Positions 29,970 through 40,717 of a DNA stretch of 64,000 nt are shown here, one piece after another. How positions within the stretch are numbered: the first letter of the stretch is position 1; each line of letters opens with the position of its first letter. Under the pieces are notes generated by a model that was not told the DNA's origin, searched no databases, and was given only the letters and a program-made list of their open reading frames with translations. The DNA comes from Corallochytrium limacisporum Hawaii. Taxonomy: Eukaryota > Protista > Pluriformea. The stretch lies in NCBI GenBank assembly GCA_002811645.1, contig PDIP01000008.1:110097-174096 (forward strand), written 5' to 3'. The position numbers and the translations under genes were made by a program.

Positions 29970-31674
29970 ATTGGCTGTTGTCAGTCCCGACGACGACGAT
30001 GCACACTCGTCACACGCTGGATATCCTCAGGGCGTCACCGTGTGATGGTGATATGAGAGACATCACAGGTGACATTTACTGCGTCCTTTTTCTAGCTTCC
30101 AATATGAAATGAAATCTCTACTTTTTGGTGACACGCAATGTCCAAGTTCGATGTTCTGTTGAGATTGGGTGAGATGACCGCTAGCTGATGAGAACGGAAA
30201 AGCCAGCAGCGCAGTCCAGGGCCAGAGGCATAACAACGGAGATGCAACCCCCGGTCACCGGCCCTCGATACTTTCACTACCGCTCCCTACCCGACTCCTC
30301 GCTTTCAAGGCATTCTCAACCGGGCACAGCAACCTCCTGAAAGCTAAATATGAATCAAAACAATCAAATCAAGAAAATGTGTATAAATGTACTTAATATA
30401 TCGCATCACCCCTTGATTCATATATATTTGATTGGATTAAAATTATCATATAATGTTCGCAACATTTTGGGACATGATTATTCGGATTATAATGAGAGCC
30501 ATTTCGTTAGTTGCCCTATTTTCCAACCGACCGATGGGCCAGCAGCAGCACCCTTGCCTTCCCCAAACTCCCCCTCTCCCCCAAGAAATTAGATGCCACA
30601 GCTCCGCACCTTCCTGAAGCCAAAATGGGAATAATCTATACTGAATATATGGGATATTGAGACCCCCGCGCACGGCAAAAGCAGACCCGGCCACACGTGA
30701 TTTTCTGTCACCGTCGTCACCCATCCCAACGGTTTGATGGTAGTGTCCCGCCAATGGCGGGTTTCCTCAGGAGCAGGTACCACGCACTCAACTCCATACA
30801 TTTACATTAGAAATAGGCGATTGGGCCGAGAGAGAGACCAGGCGCACCTGTCACACACTTGGCCATCCCCTTTCCGCCGGATCTGTCGAGAAAAAAAAAA
30901 AGGTGATGCAGAATGTGTAGTGGTACGAGAATTCAGGTAATATGTACGTGACCCTGTGGTACGATAAACTTTCCCAACATTGGCTATCCAACACCACAGC
31001 ATAGGGCACACTCCGAAATTCTCCTTTTTCTTACCGGGCCGTAGGGGTGTGTGTGTGGATCCCCTTTCGAAACTGTTCAAATGCCCTGGATTCTGTTCCA
31101 TATATTTGGTATGGGAATTTACATATTTCACGGCAACGTCAGATTGGTGGTCCCACTGCCTTGTGCCGACGCGGCAGTTGACTCGTTCTGGAAATGGGGG
31201 AGGGGTCGTGGGGCAAAAAAAAAAAATGGAGAAGAATGCAAGAGAGAAACTGCCTCCACTCTATCGCTTATTGGGAAGAAAAAGTGGGTTCCGATTAGTG
31301 AGAAAATGGGAGTTTTTTCCTCGTTACCCCGTCTCCTTGCATTGTCGACCCACGAAATGCGTTGGTCCAAGTACTATGCCGTGACACATGAGTTGTGGTG
31401 ACCACCTCCAATCACAGTTCCGAAATAGCAAAATTGCTCAAGAGAGTGCGCCTGTGATCGCTGGTGTCGCATACAGGTCAGTTGGAACTTTACGAGTGGA
31501 ATTTTGCACGGGACTATCACAATATTGTGTTAGTAGAGGTGATATGGTTAATGTCTCTTCGCGCAACATTCCTTCAGGGCAAGGTTAACAAGGTACTAGA
31601 AGTGCAGAATTCGTAAGATCAGCACGCATTTTCCCCTTCAGTATTCACGGAATCATCATTTATACAGAATCACG

Positions 31675-32430
31675 ATGGCTGTCAGAGAGAACGCTGCCGA
31701 GGTCCAGCGCGTTCTGGATGCGAAAGACTACTATGCGGTATTAGGCATTGAAAAAGGAGAGACAAATGAGAGTCTGATTCGCCGAAAATACATTCAGATC
31801 AGCCGGGCAATCCATCCGGACAAGAACGGAAATGATCCCGAGACTACACAAGCTTTCCAGAAGCTCAGCAATGCCTACTGCACTCTAAAGGATCCTTCCT
31901 CTCGTCGCATATATGATTTGGGTGGCGCAGGCGCCAACGTCAATGCTGAAGAGGCTCTATCTGAACTCATGGAACAACTATACAAGGAATTTGTGGCGGG
32001 TCATTTTGAGGAAATCCTTCGGGTAATTGACCAGGTGAACGCACAGAGCCCTGAAACTCAACTTGACAGAGAAAGTGTACGGGAACTTCTTGAAAGGAGT
32101 CACGAGGTCTTCCATTCCGTTGACAGCGCATACAAGTTTGTGAAGCCGGATCTGCTCGAGTTTAGCGCTGCCTACCAACAGATGGGACAGTTGAGTTATC
32201 TGAACGTTTTGGGCCGGGCGGCTTTCATTTTTGAGCTGTGGATTATCATTCTGGGCGTACCCTTGAAGACTGAGAAATTGCACTGGATACTTGAGAACAC
32301 TATCAACCTCATTATCTTTCAACTGGAGCTTGCTCGCGATACCTGTCGAGGTGCCAACAACATGTTCTCCGCTGCTGCGTCTGGTCTCTTTGGATCATGG
32401 GAAAGCGAAGCCGAGGTCACCAACTACTAA
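31675..32430 (+). CDS. DnaJ (class C) domain protein with a hydrophobic C-terminal segment, 251 aa
   Basis: DYYAVLG..IRRKY..IHPDKN..AFQKLSNAY..LKD..RRIYD. Confidence 0.88.
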   Translation: MAVRENAAEVQRVLDAKDYYAVLGIEKGETNESLIRRKYIQISRAIHPDKNGNDPETTQAFQKLSNAYCTLKDPSSRRIYDLGGAGANVNAEEALSELMEQLYKEFVAGHFEEILRVIDQVNAQSPETQLDRESVRELLERSHEVFHSVDSAYKFVKPDLLEFSAAYQQMGQLSYLNVLGRAAFIFELWIIILGVPLKTEKLHWILENTINLIIFQLELARDTCRGANNMFSAAASGLFGSWESEAEVTNY

Positions 32431-33044
32431 GAAAGCTTTCATGACATTGCTATCGTAGAATTAGCCACCATCAACTTGCACTACGGGACTCAACACTGAT
32501 GGGTTACCCCGACATAATGTACATCATGGCAATTGCCAACACATTCGTATGAATCCAACATATCGCATAATATCGGCTAGAAACAATGCATCCATTGTCG
32601 GTCAATATGAACATCACATCAATATACTAGCATCATACCCGTTACCATCATCGTGAGATTGCCTGAACTCTCCTTTCCATTGCCTCTAAATTTCACTCAA
32701 CCTCTCTCTCCCGCTTCCTTAATTGAGCCACTTGGAAGGGCAGGTCTCAAGGCGTATGAAACAGCTGGCGCCAAAGATTCGGGCCCGTGCGGCGGTAGAG
32801 GCGCATTTTTTGCGACGGTGCGCATGCGAGACGATGTGACTCACTTTCTTTCCGGTTTCTTCGCTTGATTTGACTACAAACAAGCTATTTGAATTGTTAT
32901 GTTCTGTATTTAATTGAAAATGGGTCGTATAAGACCATTGTTTGGTACCACTTACGGAATAGCAACAGTTTGCAGGGGGCCAATCATGTATGTGTTTCGA
33001 CAGACAACAAGACAATTAGTACGAAGAAACGCAGACAACCAACC

Positions 33045-35417
33045 ATGTTGAGAAAAGGGACACAAGGCCCATCACCCAGGAGGCCGATGGGTCAGTCTGA
33101 TCCCAATGTTGATAAAGTAATCAGCAACTACTTTTCAGGACAGCGCCGAAGCTCGCGACAGTTTCATTTAGGTATGGGAATACTGTGGCTTTCAGCTGCA
33201 ATAGTGGTTGCCATGTACGCACACGGGGCGCAGCCAGATACTTTGAGTAGCTTAGCAGCTTTTATTTTGGAGACTTTGGGGCTTAACGTCGCCTTTTTTA
33301 GGTCCCTCGGCATCACACAACTGCTCCTGAAGCAGATCACCTTCCTAACCAACCTGTACTCCCTTGCTCTCTACTGCGCATCTGCGTTCTCGGTCTTCAC
33401 AGCAGGAGCCCATCTTTGGCTCAGCGGATCCCAGGGCGTAAAATCTGCTCCTCTGCCCCTTAGTGACCAACAAAGAGCCCTGCTGGGACTGGGTGCCAGT
33501 CAGTCTACACAGCCGCACGCAGATGTGCAAAGTCCGAAAGGGGTGTTTGCAAGGGAAAAGAGTTCTGGGGGACGTTCGCCAACAGGACAGGCCTATCGTC
33601 ATGCGGAAATGGATCACCACTGGCGTGACGGTGGTGTACATCTACCTCCGCGCTATGTCAGCCACCCGCGCTCGGCTATCAAACCCATTGTTGTGGGCGA
33701 TCGATTGCTTGAGGGTCATGATGCGAATCAGAATGCGGTGGGTGATGGAGGGAATCAACAGGTCACCACCGCTACCGGGCCCACTGCCGTCAACCCAAAT
33801 GTCGTGATTGGACAGCCCTTGAATCCGTTTGGCTCAGCATCACCAACCTACCAGGATCAGCAGATCTATAGCCCCGTGAGCCCATACACCTCTCCTCTAC
33901 GCCAACAGATGAACCAAACTGGTGGTTATCAGCAGTGGGTGAATCCAAGTGCACAATATCAGAGTCCATTTCAACAGGGCCAGTTTCAGGTCTACCCATC
34001 ACCAGGCTCTCCAGGTAGCACACAAGGGAATCTACAAGGTATGACTGGTATGGATGGCAACCGTCCTTTCCTGCCAGCATACAGTCAGATGAAGACGCAA
34101 GCATATGGATTTGATCTCCAGAGTCCCACGTCTCCCACGTTGGACAAGGGCGACCTTGCGGTGTCTGCAAAGGATATGGCTGCTGACGTAACGCTGCGAG
34201 ACCTCGGAGTCAGCGCCCGTACCCTTGAGGAATGGTGTAACCGCTTGCGAATCTGGCTGAGTGCGAGAATCTTCCGACCCTTGGCGGCAAGCTTTGAACT
34301 ACTGCAGCACCGCGATGAATTGAGAAAGGCTGTACAAGAGGGCAAAATGGATGTTCAGTCGGCCACCAACTACTTAGCATCCATAAGGCACCAGCTGGCG
34401 CGCAGCTACGGCTTGTTCCAAGAAGTGCAGCTAAACGAAATTCCAGAGACTGACATATTCATTGAGGACGAAGCCCGTCTGCAGCTCTACCTGGATGTCA
34501 GTCATGGCCGTGCCACTGCCATAGAGATTGCAAGGAGAATCATCGAGCTTGCCCGCGGAGATCGTCTGGCTGCGTACCGTTGGGACCACACTGTTGGCGA
34601 AGACTCGTCGCTGACCTCCCCAAGCTATCGCTCCGATTTCCGCCCTGGAAATGGATTGCGGCTTGGTCTTGGCAAGGGTGTGCCCGAAACAACGGCGGAT
34701 GCCAATGCCGCTCAGAGCCGCAAGGGTCCCAGTGATGCTGATTTGGTCATTCATTTGTTTAGCACGTACATGGACATCAAATTGCCATCATCCGGTGGTC
34801 TGAGCTCTCCGAACCGGGGCAACCTTAGTTCTAGTAGTATGCGTCCATTCATGTCAACCTATGTCCTCGACCAAAGCCTTGGTGGCGACAATTTTGAATA
34901 CTCGGAGTACGGCATCGCTACCCTCGGCAATTCTCTACAGAGCGTTGCCCGCATTAGGCGAACTTCGAGTGGACAAAAGTCACGGCCGTACTTTGATATC
35001 TTGCCTCCAGCTTCCGAGACGCACACCGGAAAGAGCTCGAAAAAGCCGACTGGCAAAGAGAACGACAAATCACACAGCAATGCAAAGTCGCCAACTCTGA
35101 CGTCCAGTGCAGTGAAGTCACCGTCTACGGGAACGGTTACCGCAGCCACCGCGTCACAGGCCAAAGAAGTTAAGGTCTGGGCATGTCACGAAGGTCGCAA
35201 GAATGCCCTCGAAGTTATCTGCTTGTTCTTGTACTACTATAAGACGAAGAGAAGCGGTTTCATCCAGAATTTGAATATGACAGGTCCATACACGGGCCTC
35301 ATGGATGTCATTGATCCTTCTGCTTCAGTCCATGCCGGCACCCAACGTCTGATGTCCTCCACAATCATAGCGGGAGAACCCCGGAGTGCCACGAAGGGGC
35401 GACCATCGCATACATAG
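33045..35417 (+). CDS. TMEM209: TMEM209 (CytochromB561_N family) nuclear-envelope protein; first ATG at 33045
   Basis: N-terminal TM helices then LSDQQRALLGL; SP-rich disordered region; LEEWCNRLRIWLSARIFRPL; RI.ELARG; PSDADLVIHLFSTYMD; GRKNALEVICLF. Confidence 0.8.
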   Translation: MLRKGTQGPSPRRPMGQSDPNVDKVISNYFSGQRRSSRQFHLGMGILWLSAAIVVAMYAHGAQPDTLSSLAAFILETLGLNVAFFRSLGITQLLLKQITFLTNLYSLALYCASAFSVFTAGAHLWLSGSQGVKSAPLPLSDQQRALLGLGASQSTQPHADVQSPKGVFAREKSSGGRSPTGQAYRHAEMDHHWRDGGVHLPPRYVSHPRSAIKPIVVGDRLLEGHDANQNAVGDGGNQQVTTATGPTAVNPNVVIGQPLNPFGSASPTYQDQQIYSPVSPYTSPLRQQMNQTGGYQQWVNPSAQYQSPFQQGQFQVYPSPGSPGSTQGNLQGMTGMDGNRPFLPAYSQMKTQAYGFDLQSPTSPTLDKGDLAVSAKDMAADVTLRDLGVSARTLEEWCNRLRIWLSARIFRPLAASFELLQHRDELRKAVQEGKMDVQSATNYLASIRHQLARSYGLFQEVQLNEIPETDIFIEDEARLQLYLDVSHGRATAIEIARRIIELARGDRLAAYRWDHTVGEDSSLTSPSYRSDFRPGNGLRLGLGKGVPETTADANAAQSRKGPSDADLVIHLFSTYMDIKLPSSGGLSSPNRGNLSSSSMRPFMSTYVLDQSLGGDNFEYSEYGIATLGNSLQSVARIRRTSSGQKSRPYFDILPPASETHTGKSSKKPTGKENDKSHSNAKSPTLTSSAVKSPSTGTVTAATASQAKEVKVWACHEGRKNALEVICLFLYYYKTKRSGFIQNLNMTGPYTGLMDVIDPSASVHAGTQRLMSSTIIAGEPRSATKGRPSHT

Positions 35418-36156
35418 GAAATTATTCATAACATATGTTTCCACTTTCAATAGATAGCGGTATGATAAAATCATCGATGGCCCCCCCCCATCCTCCAACT
35501 AGTACAGTGCCATGGCCAGACACTATAGGTAAAAAGGCCACCCATTTTTCGTTTCCGCGGCTGAGATCCAAGATCGTTTGGCGGGTTCGTGTCAAACATT
35601 GCATTCCCCTCTCTCCCCCCTTCCCCGCGAGCCGAAAGGAAGGGCGGGGGGTAGGAAAGGGGCTTGAGGGCGACGCCTGGCGTTCCGATGCGTAAGGACC
35701 GATCGAGGGGCTGAGTGGAGAGCGCTGGGCGTGAATGTGGGGGGTTGGTTGGTTTTGGGGCGAAGGTGGTGAGGGGGTTTCCCTATGAGGGCGGAATGGT
35801 ATGGACCCATCCTGAAACCCGCCATATATTTTCGTGAGTGCCATTCCTCCATGGCCGCACGCACACTGGGAGTGACGACTTGTGTTGGAATGGGTCATAT
35901 CTGAAGGTATTTGTAGAGATCAACGAATGCATCGTATCCACAGGGATATCAAGGACAGACAGGTCCCAAGGTAGAAGGCAGTGGTAATCGGTATTGTGTG
36001 GTGTGGTGATCTTGCGCCTGGAAAAAGTTTACCACGGAAGAGGATCTTATTCGGTACGACAGGAAGGGGGTTCACAAATATGCCATGAATTTGTATGAAG
36101 GCCTCGTATAGACCGGATGACATATCGGATAGAGTAGCTGCAAACAGACTATGTAG

Positions 36157-37497
36157 ATGACGGAGCAAGGAACTACGACAAGCGGGAGCGTTGGCTCCCT
36201 CAGACAACGCCAACCGCAACAGCACGAACAGAAGCATTGCGAAATCGCTTGCGAGAGTCCTCGTGGCAGTCTATTCGACAGTCCACGGGGTAGTAAGCTG
36301 AGCACTCCTCGGGGTAGTAGGGGGTCGCAGGACATCATGGCAAAACTTCCCAAGACGTTGGCTGGGAAGTCTGCCGGTCCGACGCATGCTGTCGAGGAGA
36401 CCAGCACTGACGGCCCTGGTGTTCTGTTTGAGCCATTTGTGCGTCACGAGCCAGATTGGGACGTATGGGAATATTTTCGCACATTTATTTGCATGTTCAC
36501 GCTCTTGCCCATCCGGATTCTGGGGATCGCGTTTTGTCTCACCCTCGCATCGCTTCTCGCAGCAATTGCTGCGATTGGAATAGACATTAAGAAGTACGAA
36601 GACAAGCCCCTGCCGATGTGGCGCAAGGGCATCTTTACTTTCATCAATCGAATCCTAGCAAGAGCGTGTCTGTTCTTCTTTGGATGCCAATGGATCGAGC
36701 ATCATACAGTAGACACCCTGAATGTCGATGGACGGATTATTGCTCGTGCGGCGTCTTCACCAAAACAGCGGCCGCCTTTAATTATTAGCAACCACCTGAG
36801 CTACCTCGACATCTTAGTTTTCATGGTGGTCTACAACTGCAGTTTTGTTGCTCAGGACAGTGTCGGAGACCTGAGAATTGTGGGAAAAGTCGCACGTGGA
36901 ATCAAATGCCTCTTCGTTGGGGGACCGAATCAATCAGGTCAGTCCGTCACTCAACGCATCAACGAACGTGCCCAGGCGATTACTGCGGAACCAACCGTGA
37001 TGCCGCGCCTGCTTGTGTTCCCGGAGGGCACCACGGAGAATGGTAGGGCCTGGATTCGGTTCCGCAGCGGAGCATTTGTCGGCGGACATGCCGTCCAGCC
37101 TGTCGTTCTTCAATTTCCGTATGGTCGCTTTAGTCCAAGTTGGGAAAGCGTGAGGACACCGTATCACTGGTTTCGCATGCTGACACAGTTCCACAACCGG
37201 GTCAAGATCATCGAGATGCCCCCGTACGTACCGAACGAAGAAGAATTGGACAACGCTAAGCTCTACGCAGACGGTGTGTGTAAAGCTATGTGTCAGATTG
37301 GCAGGGTGAAGGCAGTCAACGCGACGCGGGATACGAAGCTTAAGGCCTACCATCCATTCCTCCTCGGACAGCTGACCTACGATGAAGCACAGGCCATTGC
37401 TATCGACAATAGCAAGATGAACTTCGAGCGATGGCCTCCATCTCAGAATCCATTCGTATTCTGTTCCGGAGAGGACACACGACACAGCAATACATGA
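36157..37497 (+). CDS. Lysophospholipid acyltransferase (LPCAT1/2 or LPEAT type, PlsC domain), 446 aa
   Basis: SNHLSYLD (HxxxxD); FPEGTTENG; FRSGAF..VQPV; TLLPIR TM segment; TQFHN..PPYVPNEEE. Confidence 0.92.
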   Translation: MTEQGTTTSGSVGSLRQRQPQQHEQKHCEIACESPRGSLFDSPRGSKLSTPRGSRGSQDIMAKLPKTLAGKSAGPTHAVEETSTDGPGVLFEPFVRHEPDWDVWEYFRTFICMFTLLPIRILGIAFCLTLASLLAAIAAIGIDIKKYEDKPLPMWRKGIFTFINRILARACLFFFGCQWIEHHTVDTLNVDGRIIARAASSPKQRPPLIISNHLSYLDILVFMVVYNCSFVAQDSVGDLRIVGKVARGIKCLFVGGPNQSGQSVTQRINERAQAITAEPTVMPRLLVFPEGTTENGRAWIRFRSGAFVGGHAVQPVVLQFPYGRFSPSWESVRTPYHWFRMLTQFHNRVKIIEMPPYVPNEEELDNAKLYADGVCKAMCQIGRVKAVNATRDTKLKAYHPFLLGQLTYDEAQAIAIDNSKMNFERWPPSQNPFVFCSGEDTRHSNT

Positions 37498-37615
37498 GAA
37501 TTGTTCGTTCCTGGTTTCTCGAGGCAGAGTTGTCGAAATTGACAGCTGGAAGAGTAACGAATGATCCAGTAATTCATTTTATATTTAAATCTTAAATTAG
37601 TTCCTTACTCTTGCG

Positions 37616-40600
37616 TTACTTCAGGTCAAGGGCCTGGGACAATAGAGCGCGCTCTTCGGCAACATGAGTTCGCTTGTTGCCAGTAGCGGTGGCGGCAGCA
37701 GGGGCACGGCCGGCGTACTTGACCTCAACACCGCCGTGGCTCTCACTTTCGCGCAGGGCAGTATTGAAGCGGGGACGCACGTAGGCCCAGGCACCCTGGT
37801 TCTTTGGCTCCTCCTGGCACCACCAGATCTCAGCGTTGGGATAGTCGTTGGCCTGCTTGGCGATGAGATCGAAGGGGAAGGGAGAGATCTGCTCTAGACG
37901 GGCAATGGCAATATCCTTGATTCCCTTTTCCTGGCGTTGCTTATAGAGATCGTAGTACACCTTACCGCTGCAGAAAATCAAACGCTTAACATCCGGGGAA
38001 GCGCCGACTTCCTCCTCGTGAATGACACGGCGGAAACGGGTGCCCTCGGTCATATCCGAAAGTTTGGACTTCGCCAGAGGGTGACGCAAAAGCGACTTTG
38101 GGGTGAAGACCACAAGAGGCTTGCGGAAATCACGGTGGACTTGGCGACGGAGGACGTGGTAGTAGTTAGCAGGGCTAGAACAGTTCACAATCTGCCAGTT
38201 GGAGTTCTGGATCTGTGCACGGGTGTTGTGGTGCATGTCGGGGATGACGTCGGGATCCTCGTCGCACTGCTGCAGGAAACGTTCCATGCGAGCGCTGGAG
38301 TGCTCTGGGCCCATACCTTCGTAGCCATGGGGTAGGAGCATGGTCAAACCGGACTGCCGCAGCCACTTGGCTTCACCACAGCTGATGAACTGATCAATGA
38401 TAATCTGGGCACCGTTAACGAAGTCACCAAACTGGGCCTCCCAGCAGACCAAGCTATTCGGGTTGGTCATGGAGTAACCAAGCTCGAAACCGAGCACAGC
38501 GTACTCGGACAGGGAAGAGTTGGAGACTGTGTACTGTGCCTGGTCGTCGCTAAGATCGGACAGAGCGCAATAGAGACTCTCGTTTTTCTGGTCGTGGAGA
38601 ACATGGTGGCGCTGGCTGAAAGTGCCACGTTCAACGTCCTGGCCGGACAGACGTACGTGGTTGCCCTCAAGCAACAGTGTGCCGAAAGCCAAAGCCTCAC
38701 AGGTAGCCCAGTCGAGACCCTCACCGGCCTCGATGGTCCTCTTGCGTGCCTCCAATATGCGGCGCAGACCGTTGTGAATACTAAAGTCCTGAGGGTAGCT
38801 AGAGAATTTCATTCCGACCTGGCGCAGGGTGTCTAAGGGCACACCAGTATTCCGAATACGAGCCAGCTGCTTCTTGGACTTGAAACCCTCCCACTTGGAC
38901 TCGAGCCACTCCGAGATCTTGATTTTCTGAGTCTTACTGCGGTCATAAGCCATACGGCACATCTCATTGTATCCCGTAATTTCCTTCTCCTGTTCCTCCT
39001 TTGTCATGACTCCCTCCTTCAGCAAGCGCTCCTTGTAAATATCCAGAGTGGGGGCGTGGCTGCGGATCTTCTTGTACATTAGAGGTTGCGTGAATGCGGG
39101 CTGGTCAATCTCGTTGTGTCCATGGCGACGGTAACAGACCAAATCAATGACCACATCCTTTCCGAACTGCTGCCGATAGTCAACAGCCAGTTCACTGATG
39201 TACGTAACAGCCTCCGGGTCATCAGCATTGACGTGGAAAATGGGGGCGCCCACAGCCTTTGCAACGTCCGTGCAGTACGGTGAGGACCGAGAAAAGCGAG
39301 GATCGGTGGTGAAACCAATCTGGTTATTCACAACCATGTGGATGGTACCGCCGGTCGCGTAGTGGGGCAGATCAGCCAGGCCGAGAGTCTCATAGACGAC
39401 GCCCTGACCGGAGAAGGCAGCATCACCGTGCAACAGCACGCTCATGCACCGCTTGCGCTCAAAATCCTTCTTGTAGAACTGTTCAGCACGTGTCTTACCC
39501 TCCACAACCGGATTCACCGCTTCCAAATGAGATGGATTGGCGACCAGGGACAAATGCAACTGGTTTCCATCCTTGGTGGTGATATCCGTGGACATGCCCA
39601 AATGGTACTTAACATCACCGGATCCTTCCTCATCGGGCTCCATATCGGACTTGAACTCGGCAAACAGTAGTTCAAGAGGCTTGCGTAACACGTTATTCAG
39701 CACGTTCAGGCGACCACGATGAGGCATACCGAATACAAGGTTGGTCATGCCAGCCTGTCCGCAACGGTCAACCAGGGCACGCATACCTGGGATAAGGGTC
39801 TCACAGCCCTCAAGACCAAAGCGCTTCTCAGCAGAGAACTTGTTCGCCAGGAAAGCCTCAAACCCGTGACCCTTAACCATGCGACGGAAAATCATGCGGC
39901 GGTCATCCACTGAGTACTTGTACGGCTCCGGGACCTCCAGCCGCTCCCGGATCCAGTTACACTGGTTCTTATCACCGATATGCATGTACTCAACACCAAT
40001 ATGTCCACAATATGTTTTGTTCAAGTTGTCAATAATTTCTCCGAGAGGGCGAGGGGTAGCATCACCGAGGAAACCTGAATTATCGGGAATGCCGAAAACA
40101 AACTCCTCCTTTAGGTCAGCTTCTGTCAGACCGTAGGTGCGGTAATCCAATTCCTTAGGGGTTTCCATGTGGAACTGGGCAGGATGCCCAATTCCAAGGG
40201 GATCAATATCAGCCTTCAGATGACCACGCACCTGATAGGCACGAATAAGCATGCTAACACCAATGTACTTCTTGATCTCGTCACTCGTCAGAGTTCCCGC
40301 GTGAGGCAGCCTCATGACATCACTCTCCGCAGTATCCCGAACGTGAGCAGAGGTCTGCAGTGCTGGAGGCGTTTGAACGGCACTGGCAGGAGCCAGACCG
40401 GCCTCAACGTTCCGGAAATACGAGGCCCAGCTAACGTGTACGCTCTTCGGGTCCTGCTTCCACGCGCGGTACATTTCCTCAACATAAGGACCCGAAGACC
40501 CGTCCAAGAAGCTCTCAGCTGAGTGAGGAGGCTTAGCGGCAACAGCTACCTCCTGTCCCGTCTTGCTAGAAGTTGTCACCGAAGCACGCTGAGCTGCAAT

Positions 40601-40717
40601 GCCAACAACCCGAGCAGCGATGAACTTGCTAGATCCCGCTGCTTGCGGTCCAAACATGGACTGCGCTGCATTAGCCAGGCGAATGCCTGACCGTAACGTT
40701 GACATGGAGAATACCAT
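37616..40717 (-). CDS. OGDH: 2-oxoglutarate dehydrogenase E1, mitochondrial, 1033 aa
   Basis: ESFL.G.S..YVEEMYRAWKQDP; KRFGLEG; GMPHRGRLN; GDVKYHLG; TPP motif HGDAAFSGQG..NNQIGF; WEAQFGDF; WCQEEPKNQG. Confidence 0.99.
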   Translation of the reverse strand: MVFSMSTLRSGIRLANAAQSMFGPQAAGSSKFIAARVVGIAAQRASVTTSSKTGQEVAVAAKPPHSAESFLDGSSGPYVEEMYRAWKQDPKSVHVSWASYFRNVEAGLAPASAVQTPPALQTSAHVRDTAESDVMRLPHAGTLTSDEIKKYIGVSMLIRAYQVRGHLKADIDPLGIGHPAQFHMETPKELDYRTYGLTEADLKEEFVFGIPDNSGFLGDATPRPLGEIIDNLNKTYCGHIGVEYMHIGDKNQCNWIRERLEVPEPYKYSVDDRRMIFRRMVKGHGFEAFLANKFSAEKRFGLEGCETLIPGMRALVDRCGQAGMTNLVFGMPHRGRLNVLNNVLRKPLELLFAEFKSDMEPDEEGSGDVKYHLGMSTDITTKDGNQLHLSLVANPSHLEAVNPVVEGKTRAEQFYKKDFERKRCMSVLLHGDAAFSGQGVVYETLGLADLPHYATGGTIHMVVNNQIGFTTDPRFSRSSPYCTDVAKAVGAPIFHVNADDPEAVTYISELAVDYRQQFGKDVVIDLVCYRRHGHNEIDQPAFTQPLMYKKIRSHAPTLDIYKERLLKEGVMTKEEQEKEITGYNEMCRMAYDRSKTQKIKISEWLESKWEGFKSKKQLARIRNTGVPLDTLRQVGMKFSSYPQDFSIHNGLRRILEARKRTIEAGEGLDWATCEALAFGTLLLEGNHVRLSGQDVERGTFSQRHHVLHDQKNESLYCALSDLSDDQAQYTVSNSSLSEYAVLGFELGYSMTNPNSLVCWEAQFGDFVNGAQIIIDQFISCGEAKWLRQSGLTMLLPHGYEGMGPEHSSARMERFLQQCDEDPDVIPDMHHNTRAQIQNSNWQIVNCSSPANYYHVLRRQVHRDFRKPLVVFTPKSLLRHPLAKSKLSDMTEGTRFRRVIHEEEVGASPDVKRLIFCSGKVYYDLYKQRQEKGIKDIAIARLEQISPFPFDLIAKQANDYPNAEIWWCQEEPKNQGAWAYVRPRFNTALRESESHGGVEVKYAGRAPAAATATGNKRTHVAEERALLSQALDLK

